From NCBI GenBank assembly GCA_964187785.1, contig OZ076409.1, positions 88,290,001 to 88,354,000 on the forward strand: 64,000 nucleotides of DNA, read 5' to 3'. The DNA is from Amphiscolops sp. MND2022 (taxonomy: Eukaryota). A program made the position numbers and the translations under genes. Every line of letters begins with the position of its first letter. Position 1 is the first letter of the stretch. Under the pieces are notes generated by a model. That model was given only the letters and a program-made list of their open reading frames with translations. It was not told the origin of the DNA and did no database searches. Of the stretch, positions 1-11,000 are shown piece after piece.

Positions 1-887
1 TTATTGGAAGTCATGCAATCACTGTTTGTAAGTTATAAATACAATTACGTCACCCTGACGTTAGTTTAGTTATAGCATTTTTGAATAACTAACAACCCTA
101 AAATTGAGTGTCATGCTTTATGATGTTTCATTTGTAAAAAGTGCGGTATACTTCAGTTGAAATATAACTGGTAGCAAAGACAGTTGCTTCAAAACAGTGA
201 ACCCAAACAATGTAAAAGCAGTTTCCTTGATAACGCTTTGTTTCACCCGAATTGTTTTCACAACATTGACGAATAAATTCAAATTCTTTTGCACTTCAAC
301 CCAATTTTCCTCTTGAGCAAGATGGGAAATAGAAGAAAGGTCCAGAAGGTTAGAGACTCCGTCCCCGGAGAGAGAAACAAGCGAAGTACGCGTAGGAACC
401 CCAAGTCAAGATTATGAAACTTTAACTAATGTTAATTTGCAAAGTCAAGAAAATTTAGGTGAAACTGACTTGAGACCCAGACTAGTTGAACCCAGCCAAG
501 TCAGTAAAGAAATTCAAGTTTGGACCGAAATTTTCGAACAGAAAAACAACGATAAAATTACTAAGATGAGAGAAGAAATGGAGAACAAACTAGATGCGAT
601 TCTGTTGGAGGTAAAAAGTAGTAAAAACACATCTATGACAACCAATCCTAGATCTGAAATAAACGAAATAGGAAACATGCAACCATCGGAATCCGGGGGT
701 AAAAGGTCTATGGGAGTAAACGCATCTGATAATGAAAGTCGGATAAAACGAAGATATCCCTCTCAAAGGGGATGTCCCTCTCGAAATGAGAGATTAAGGC
801 ATCCCGCTAAACCTATAAACCAAAATGATACAACATTAGATGCAACAGTTATCTTTAACGGAGAATCCGATGAGGAGGATTACCACA
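1..887 (+). mobile_element. 3' or solo LTR of a related Gypsy family carrying a frameshifted Gag N-terminus (left end outside the window)
   Basis: Gag-N-like frames from the ATG at 321 and ORF 437..928 end ...EEDYH at TACCACA (887), analogous to ...RGSY|MVTG in the intact element. No PBS follows. AATAAA lies upstream of the ATG. Confidence 0.65.
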
Positions 888-1067
888 ACTACTATAGTTT
901 GCGTTTTTCTACGAAAAGCACCGCCTAAAAACCGCAGTTAACGACCAAATACAGAAGTCACGAATTTAATCAAAATAGCTGTGTCACAAAATTGATGAGC
1001 ATGGGAGAAAGAGTATGCATCACGCAGTGAATCACTCTCTAGATGAGAGGGGATGCTTTACAAGGAA

Positions 1068-1830
1068 AACAAGTCGGGTAGGTCTCAAGTCGGCGCTATA
1101 CCTAGGGCTCAAAAACGCAAAATTTTAGAAAAACGCTCAGGCTTTTTTGAAATGAAAAACTCCAATGAAAGTGTCTTAACACCCAAAGGGTGTCTTTCGG
1201 GCTCAGAAAACGCTTCAGGAGTTCGGACATAGTGTCCTCTCTCTTAGTAAAACGCAATTTCTTTCAGATATAACGTCGTAGTCCGAATTTAGCGCAGTAT
1301 TTTTGAACCTCCGCTTCCTTCGCGTTAAAACGCAATTTGCTACTGATATAACATCAAAAGTTGGTATAGTTTGGGGAAAAATATATATGCGGATCTATTC
1401 TGAAAAAAAATCTAATTTCAGACGGAAAATAATGATTTTGAAACAGTCTCATAGTTCCGAAGAACGCAAAAGGTGGTACCCTTTTGACCTTTTTAAAATA
1501 CAGTTGGGTGCAGATAATCCAAATAACCAAAGAGGGGAGGGACCTTTTGGTGACATCAAGAAATTTTAGAAAACAGTCGCGCAATGGCGAAAAAACGGCA
1601 AAACCAAACCTTCTGAAATTGCTTAGTAACGAAAAAATCTTTAACAACTATGGTACCCAAAGGTACCCTCCGGAAGCACCCGAGATTGTTTTCTAGTAAG
1701 GTAAGTAAGGTAGGAAGGCCGAGAGAATTCTGTAAAAAAAGTGGACCTTCCAGTGTGAGGTCTGTGGTCTGGACAAAAAAGGGTCACTGTAAGAGTCTGG
1801 CATTTTTTGTTTCACGAAAAGCGCCGACAA
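1068..1830 (+). mobile_element. Helentron/DINE-like non-autonomous element, family A
   Basis: Starts AACAAG..AGTCGGCGC and ends GAAAAGCGCCGAC (subterminal inverted repeat); same ends at 25943..26396 (-) and 62569..63123 (+). Confidence 0.7.
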
Positions 1831-2036
1831 AAAGGTACATAGATACCAACTGAATTCTCCGTAAGACTGGGAGTTGGTCGGTTTTCTGATTGATAATATT
1901 AGCAGCGTAGATTACAGTTGTCCCGTTTGTGATCTTTCTTGGAAATCTCTCAATGTCGCTTTTTGTGCTGAATTTTCTCTAGTTATCTTAACTCGAATCA
2001 GCTGATTTCATACTATACAAGATATTGAATGTTTAG

Positions 2037-5000
2037 ATGAAAATGGATTTGGATAACTCGAATTTCAAGAACCTCATCTTTGCCAAACTATACGACGATG
2101 ATGTGCCTGACCTGCCATGGCCGAAGCTACAGAGACTTTTGCTCTTGTTTCGACTGATGTTTCGCATTCCTCTTGTCGCCATTCTGGAAGATTACGCAAC
2201 TAATGATCGTCTGGCCAATGAGAACGAGAATCGCAAAGGAGTTCTCTCGACAGCTGCACGAATTGCAAGCAAAATAAAAATGGTTACGTCACTTATTGCC
2301 ACATTCTTTAACCGAATTTTAATTTCAATTTGAATAAAATGTTATTTTGAAATTGAACATAAACGAAAGCGTTAGTGACGCATTTTTCCTAAAATGATAT
2401 TGATTCCAAAAATGGATCAAACTGAAAAACATGCTTCCAAGTAATCAATCGACAGTTGAAACAACATAAATGAGACAAATTAGCTGTTTTTTCAAATTAG
2501 TTACTTTTAACATGCAAACTGCAATTTTATTACAAAGAATTAAGTTGCTGTTTGTTAACAAAAAGACGAATTGATCTGAGAAAAATATGCCATCTGACTC
2601 ATGCCATCTGACACTTGATGATGCCAAAATGTGTTTCATCATAAAGTAAGGTCTCAATCCTTTAGGTCACTGATGAGAACGACCTTATGTATGCTCCTCC
2701 CATATTTCTGGGCCGGCATGATTTGGAAAATGCTCAGATTCAGCGATCACTGGCTAAGCATGAAACCTACACCAAAGAACTGATTTTTGTGTACGGCGAG
2801 AATGTGCAATTTCTGAATGCCATCAAGCAAGTCAAAAGCGATCGTTTCGGACTAGTGTTTTTCAAAGGCACCGGAATACTTGCAGATACAGCTGTGAAAA
2901 TAGCTAACGACGAAGAAATAGGTCATACACAACTCAGCAAAGGTAAGTAATTTCGGACTAGTTTACCCACTAAAGTTGACATACCCCACGTTTTTGGACC
3001 CATAGTAGTAATGGTGGTAGTTTTTAGTCGGCACTTTTCCTACGAAAAGTGCCCGACTATTACAGTGGGTAGTTTTTTCAGTTCTCAATGGTCTGGACTC
3101 TGAATGGTCGACTTTTTTGTTCGTTTGTTCAACGCCAGCCAGGGGGTCAACCCGGATTTTAACATTTCAAAGTTCGGATTTAACGTTTTAAAATTTCGGA
3201 TATAATTGTAAGAGCCACGTTCCGCGGCGTTTCTTAAGTCGCCCATGGACCGTGAGTCCTTTTTCAATATCTTAGTTCTTAAGCCGGATAAATCATTCCT
3301 ATTCTCCTGACTACTAGGGGACGTACTGGCCTCAGTGTCCCTGTTCCCTGAAGACGACATAGAACTCACAATGTTTTGTATTTCTGGAATCACCTTCTCC
3401 GCTATAGCAGTGCTAATTGCTCTGTTTATTTGACCGTGAACCATAGCCATCATAGAATCCATTTCCTGGGACAACCTAAGATTAAATTCGTTTGAGAAAG
3501 TTTCAAAGGACTGTCTTATGTCATTTTGACCATGAGGCTCATTTTCATGTATGAAATCTCTAAAGTCATTTCTTGAATGGCTACCAATTTCCATGTCGCC
3601 GTGGGCGGAAGATTGGTCTATTACACCTGCTAACTCTCTTTCTAAAGGGTTTTCATTCCCAATCATAACGTCTAAATTATCCATATCGGACAATATGTCC
3701 ATTTCTCTGGATTTTCTAGCTTTTGCTTTCTGTCTCCTTGTAGAAGGCATAAGAGTTTATTGCAAGAGGTAAGAATTTGAATTAGTTCCTTAGGCTTGCA
3801 AACAGAGTTTGAGTATTCCAACAAACTGATTGTAACAATAACAGGTAACATTGTCCCTGGGACCTAGGGTCCGCAGTATATATAGTTCAAGTTTACATGA
3901 CACGCAATATTATGGGGGTCACATTCTAAAAATAGCCTTCACTGCCATCTAAATACAGTAACTGCTATATATAGCAACATGACATCACATAGTGGTCTAA
4001 AATTAGACTTCAAAGCCTGTCGGCTTGATTTGTTTAAGAGGACACTGAGTCCTTAACATAGCATCATCAATTCAACACTTCATACATTTACATGTACAAC
4101 AAATTTCATGTTTTTTAATAAATAGAGTGGTGTTTTAGCCAAGCAGGCTAAATACATACTAAATAGCAACATTTCATGGTATATTTCATCATTTCTAAGG
4201 CACAGAGAAAATACGTCCTTGGCGTCCAAATAGACGTGGACGGCCTGAAATAATGGCTTATTTGAAGCAACGCATGGCTAGTTGGACCAGCAGTCCTTTT
4301 AATCACAGCTAAGCACTAAGCGAATATACGAACAAAAGCCGAGTACGGCGCTTGTACAAAGCCGCGCCGTACTAGAATGGATTAATTTAATGAACACTGC
4401 ACTCTGATTGGTCAGTTTAATAATTGGACTGGCCGTCCTCGGCGACAGGAGAGAAAACACTTGAACTCGTTTCCTCCTCCTGTACGCCTTGGTGTCCAAT
4501 TATTAATGCTGTTAATCAACTTTACATAATGCAATGTATTAAATCAATAATACAGTAACTGAATAAAAGTAACATCGTATTTTAAGGGCATTAATACATG
4601 GAAAATAGTTTTGCAAAATGGTTAGTTTTACACTAAGTTTCAAACTTCTTCGTTATTTTCCTCAATTAAGGGGGACCGTTCCGGGTAGGGCCTTGCTGTA
4701 GTCATATGCCACAGAGTACCAATTGCCATCGCAGGCGGCTGCCTGCGACACTCCCCCTGGCATGAGTAAAAATGTGCCTGCTGCCATCCCGTCCAGAAAG
4801 GCTCTCTTTCTTCTCTCCGTTTCCGCAAGAGTTTCACCAATCACTACAGTTTTGTCGATGTAATCGTTTACTGCTTCCGTTTGGATCTGTAGGACTGACT
4901 TGCCGCAAATGACACAGTCGGAGCAGCCTGCCAAACTGGTATTTCCTGACAAAGCCATGCCGTCAAAGTGATTCGAAACTGATTCTATTGACACATGATC

Positions 5001-8000
5001 TGAAGAATAAGAGCAAGCCGGCGTTTGCTGGTCCCGTGAAGGCCCCCTGTCCTCTGGGGGAGGCGACATGGGTGTGTCGACCATTGGACGTAAGTCCCTG
5101 CAAATATTGATGGGATGATTGGATTTGATTCGCATATCTCGTCCCACTGGTCCGTTTCCTGAACCCAGATTGAAGAACTGCTGAGAGAAAGTCGGGAATG
5201 GAGGAAGACTAGGTCTGGGCGTCCCGCATCTGGCTTGAGTACTTGAAGTCCCAACATTGGGAATGGTGATGGGTTCAGTCAACTGCCTTTCTATACATCT
5301 GGCCATAATCTCAACGTCTGTGAATTCTTCCTCTGACGATAAGTACAGATCGTCCACTGAGTCTCCGCAGACTGAATCCATCCTTTCCTCCTCGTCACTT
5401 GAGATGTAAATTATATCTGGTTCCCCTTCTGATCGGACGATGCCTTGGAAATCCATTGGGAACGTCTCAGAAATGTCAGACATATATCTGTTTTTTATCA
5501 GTTTTTTCGCAATTTTGTGAAGAATTTTGACTTTAGGGGCAACTTCTTTTGAGATTGAAACTTGAATAATGACGGATCCCGTTTCGGCAGACTAGCGGGC
5601 TTTGCGTTTAGTTTTCCCGGGGTTTTCATTCCTCGTGACTGCTGAATATCTCACAACGAATTTCCATCTTTTCCCCTTTTAACTAGCCGCCAATTCCACT
5701 TTGATATAGTTGCCGACGGCCTCGTTGTTCTTCATCAACTTTGTCAACACTTCCAATTTAGGAGTGATCTCTCAAGTGTTTATTAACACTCATCAACCAC
5801 TTGAAAATTCTCAAGTGGGTGAAGATATGGCAGAAAGCCACGCCGTCCGTCAGGTCCTGAGTAGCCAATAGGAGAGCAGTAAATTCTTCATCGATTCAGA
5901 ATGGCTCCCCAAAGTCGTAATTCCATATAAGGAATAATATAAAATGACCTTGAAAACAAATAAAAATGAAAAATAAAATAAAATGAAATAAAATAAGATA
6001 AAATTATGAGACAATTTTGTAAAATAACAAAGTTTTCGAAATAATTAAAGACAATGTAGATATAGCTGGCAGTCTCTATCCACATAATGACGTAACTTGT
6101 ACATAACTGTAAATTTGACACCAAACTGTATAGCCACGAACTCCAATCTTGACGTCTTGTCACATTGCCGATTCGCCTTTTCAATTCTTTTACATTCAAT
6201 TGCAATCATATTACTCTTTCTTCTTCGTATTTAATCACCAACATATTTATCCACTTTGTATTTAGTCACTTGTTAGTCTTTTAGTTCATCTTCTTTTATT
6301 ATCACCACATTTGTCAGTGAGTTATCTTCCCTCTCGTCAGTTGGCCGTACACGGACAATAGACAACTACCCCTTGGTGACGGACATCCCTCTGGAATTCA
6401 AGCCTCCCCATCTTCATAGCAGTGTCAGCCCCTTCTGGGTTTATTTGACTTCCAATCAATTGCCCTCCCAGACAACATTCGATTCAAACTCCTTGCATCT
6501 TCAGGTTAGCTATCTGGTCTTTTTCTTTTGAACGGAAATGGGTTTGATCAGGACCTGTTCACGTTCGTAATACTTCCTGTCCATTTGTTTTAAAGAACGT
6601 TGACTTCATGTCTTGTGTTCCAATCTCACTTCTAGAAGATTTGTAAAGCGGTCTCATGGATTCATACTCAGGAAGTTACCCGCTAAAATTTGTATCTTTT
6701 CGTTTAGATATGTCCAACGAAGAGGATCTGCCAGAATCCACCATCCCTGTAACAGTCCCCGTTAGTCAGGGGCAAGAACAAGAACCGCCGCAAGTCCAGA
6801 ATGTGCCCGAGAAGGAAATCAGGCCTGAGTCCCAGGCGTCCAACTCAACCGATGAGAGTGTCACTGCATTCATTGAGCGAACAGTTTCTCAATTTTCAAA
6901 CCCCCCAGCAGTCCCTCCTGACCCTGAGGCAGGAGAAGGCAACTGTGAGTCTATCAAGGCTTCTGAAACTGATCCTTTAGAGAGAGCAGGAGAGACCCGA
7001 TCAACAACGGCCGTTATTGAAGAAACACAACAGGACACTCACGAACGAAGGGGATTGTACTCTGACAATAGTGATCAGGGAGAATTGTACGACAGTTCAG
7101 GAGTCGATTTGCCCACCACCAAATTGGGCGGATTTACCTTTGATCCAAACGCGTTCCCAGCTTTTGATGACGAATTGCAGCATTCTTCGGGAAACAGCGA
7201 TGCTGAACAAGCAGCTTACCGGACCAAAGTGTTTTCAAGTGAAAGACATTTGTCTCCAAGCGGTAGAGAAGTGATCCGCAAATATTTCAGCAAGAACGTT
7301 CCCGTCGAACTGCCTCCAGGACACTCAACAGTTGCTTTCAGTGAAAGCCAAGTGCACGCTGTGTTACGAACCATAGCTGACGAGTCAGTGTTATCATCGT
7401 TTCACATGATGAAATCACTGTTGGTAAAGGTGACTGAGGGGATCCCTTCAAACAAAAGGCCATCTCGTAACATCCCTCGTCGATCAGCCACACCCGGACC
7501 AGGACATGAATCTAGTTCTGGAGGAGAAAGCGCTTCTGCTGACAGTGATGGATATACCAGCGGGGCTATAGATACTGACGAGGACTTTCGAAATATCGAA
7601 ACTGGATCTGAAGGCAGTTCTCCCTTCGTCTCAGCTTCTAAAACTCTCGCCACTGTATTGGACGAGCCGGGTCCGTCTAGAGTCGCGACCCCAAATTCAG
7701 GCAGTAGTTACAGCAGCGCAGATTACCGTCCTCTAGCATCTCTCACACAGGCGCAATCCCCTGTTACGTCCAACCCCAGTCCTCCTCGGAAGCGAAGAAA
7801 GATGCTCTGCAAACCGGGCAAAGTCATGAAGGATGCCTACTTTAAAGGCATCCAATGGACAAGAACCTTTGTCTCGGGGCCCCTCGATCCTCTACACAAC
7901 CGTTACAAATTTTACTGCCAGATATGTAAGACAAACATATCAATTTATTCAAAAGGAGCCAGGGAGATCCTCCGCCACTATAAGACTCAGGGACATTTAC

Positions 8001-11000
8001 GTCGTGATCAAAGGTGGAGGTACGAACACCTCAGCGAAATTGATGCCACAACCGGCAGAGTGACCCACCAAGTCCGGGATAAAGATGGATATGTGTTAAC
8101 ACCTTTACAGTTGGAAAAGGAGAAACCCCTTTTCATGTATGCTCCTCTCGTCGACATTGGAGACAAATTTCCTTTTTATGATGACTACGTTGCCACTTTA
8201 GAAGGATCCTACAGTCCAGATGAGCTCCGAACGACTACACAGATATCCCTGATCGGACTCTTTGTGCCTCATGGCGGAGACTTAGCGCTCCTGCGTACCC
8301 TGTGGACCCGATTCGGAACGTTTACTAGTCATCAAGGATTCTTCTCTGATTTTGACTGGCGAGCGGACAACCTCACTGTAAGTATTGTCTCCATCTTCGT
8401 GGCCTGGTAAGATTCCTAAGTATTCGGTTCTAATGCGATTGATTTTATTTTTAGAAAATCTTCCATCACATCTTCTTGCGCTGTACTGAAGACATCGCGT
8501 GTCAGATCTCCACGGAGGGCGCCTACTCATTGGAGTTCACTAGTCGCAAAGGTTTCTGCTATATGGCCGTACGTTTCTGGCGGGAGGACGTTGTCCAACG
8601 CGTGGAACTGTGTAGACATCCCTTGGCATCAGCGTACCCTGGAAATTTCTTCGGGTCAATTTCTCGGGTCTTATCCTTCATCTCCTCAGGGCCCAACTTG
8701 GTAAGCGTGTCCGGATGTCCCGCTGCTGTGCTGCAAACGCTTGACCAGTGCAAGCTATTTAAATTCTCCATCCAGTACCCGTTCAGATTTGAGGTCCTGT
8801 CATTGCCGCGTCTCATGCATCAGAAGTATGATGACTTCTTTGGGAAAATTGACATCTTCTCCCAACTCAAATACCTAACTGTCTTCCTCATCAACGCACT
8901 TAGTCAACTATGGATGTTGGACTGCCCTAACCTTTCAGCGGTTAGATCCTTCTCTCCTTATTTCCTTGATTAAGGTTACCCAGATGTATAGTTGGACATG
9001 CGGGCTAAGAGTGGAGTGAGTCTGATTTGCATATGGTTAATCAAACATTTGTATTACAGGCCATTACCAGTTGTGATTTGGACTTGCAGAGCATCCCCGC
9101 CATTTGTAGTGAGATGATTGCACAGTGGCCTAACATCCGCGACTTCATAACTCGAGAAGCTCCTTCCCAATCCTGGCAGGGAGTCCGGGGCAGGGTAAGA
9201 CACTTATTATTTGGTTAATTTCCTTTTGATACTACGGTTAGGTATCAGAGTCGTGCCCCTGATTTTGACCCCATAATTGTTTCTCCATTCAGGACCTAAA
9301 TGTGGTAGTCTTTAGGGTCCAAGTTGGGTCATTTGCCTGGCGTTTTACTTTCTTTTCCTTTCAGCCGCAAAGTCTTGAGTGGATGATCCTGATGGATGCT
9401 TACTTCACTGTGAAATTGGAGATCTTCGGCCTCGTAGTCCGCGATTGTAAGTATGGTTCTTTTGGTCGTTTCTGTTTTCTCTTAGATCCTGCTATATGTG
9501 TGGTGTTTAGACGTGAAGTGCTTCGAACGCAGTCTGTCCGGGCAGTCCGATGCTTCCTTCTTCACTTTCGGGCAGTTTTGTCGTTTCCTGCGAAAGCTTT
9601 GTTCTCGCGCAGTTCTCCCCAAGTGTATCCCTGACGACACGAACTGGACGGGCTTACTTTATTTGTGCCCTGACGACCTGAAGTTGCTTTCGTGCCGAGA
9701 TTTCTTGAACCGGCTGAAACTTGTTACTGACATAGATGCCTCTTGTAAAGCCAAGGTCCGACAGTCCCGAATTGACCCCAATATCAGTGCCAGTGAGTTC
9801 AGCGCTTTACTCGCCACTGAAAGAGACAGCTTTGCAACAAGTGCCAGAGGATTCTTCGTCTTTTTACTTGAGACGTTCTTACGTGACGTCCATCTCACCG
9901 CCGATATTGTCCATGGTCTAGCTTGTTTTGATCCACATACACTGGTTTCTCTGTCCATGGATCAAGTGACCTTTTGTTTCGGTGCTTTATTCCAGACCTT
10001 CTGCCTGCGTGGATGGATTCAACGGTCCTTGGAGCCTGATTACCGAGACGAATATCTGGAATTTGTCGATTACTTCAGGGCTAATTTCCCTCAGTTCAAG
10101 GACATGCCAGGGCAAATGAAAGATGTGGTCAGCTTCCTCGTCGCTCTTCCAGCCATGCGTACTCGCAAGAATTTATTTCACTTGTTCCGACTTAGTTGCC
10201 TTTGCCTGACCGAGGGCGGTGCTGATCTTCCGGCTATCAAGTTCCATGAAGTAGATTCCTCCAAGCCTAAGTGCCGTTTTGTGGACATGCTCTTACCTGC
10301 CCAGTCTTATTTAGCTAGTTGTTCGCAAGCTATAGCCTATTGCACTTCAGAGAGCTCCCTTGGTAATTTCCGTAGTTTGGACAATCAGTTCAATTCTGGG
10401 CAATTTGCTGGCGATCCTTGGACGCATGTAGATACCTTTGGGCGTTCCTCTTTCCAGAAGAGTCTGATGACAACTTTTAAAGGCCTCAAGCCTACCCCTG
10501 TAAAGGTAGTTACCATCCCTTCACGTTCCTCTTCCATCTCGTCCACAGTGGGCCGCAATGTTCTTCCCGGATCTGGGGGTGCTCAAGAGCTTACTCTCTT
10601 CGGAAATATTTCTTCCACCGAGGTTTCAAAGACCGTCGAAGACTTAAAGGAAGGATGCTCTAAAGACTAAATGTACATAATGTACATTTGCCATTTTAGA
10701 CTTTGTTTTGTATATTTTGATTCTGTTTGTATTTATATAGTTAGTCTGTTGAGTCAAAAAGTCAGAATAGTCCCAGTAGAAAATATGCCTTATTAGGCTA
10801 CAAAATATGTAGGGACATAATTTAACATTTCTGACTAGTATCTATATTCATCAGTGTAGTTGGGGGTGGGGTTAGGTCGAAGATTATATTTCCCTCCTCT
10901 AGGGCTAGACGTTTCATTCTCATTTTCCGTATTTTTCCCATTATCCGATATTCCGGGCACGGAATTATCCTCCCCTCTATTGGGAGAGTTTCGTACATCA

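Noticed and set aside
4662..10670. env gene in the post-pol position
   Set aside because: No signal peptide, fusion peptide or transmembrane anchor in either accessory protein, and the large one is antisense.
6656..10670. Five separate plus-strand genes, or an independently inserted DNA transposon
   Set aside because: The ORFs join in phase through GT-AG introns. I found no TIR/TSD pair around them, although a by-eye search cannot exclude degraded ends.
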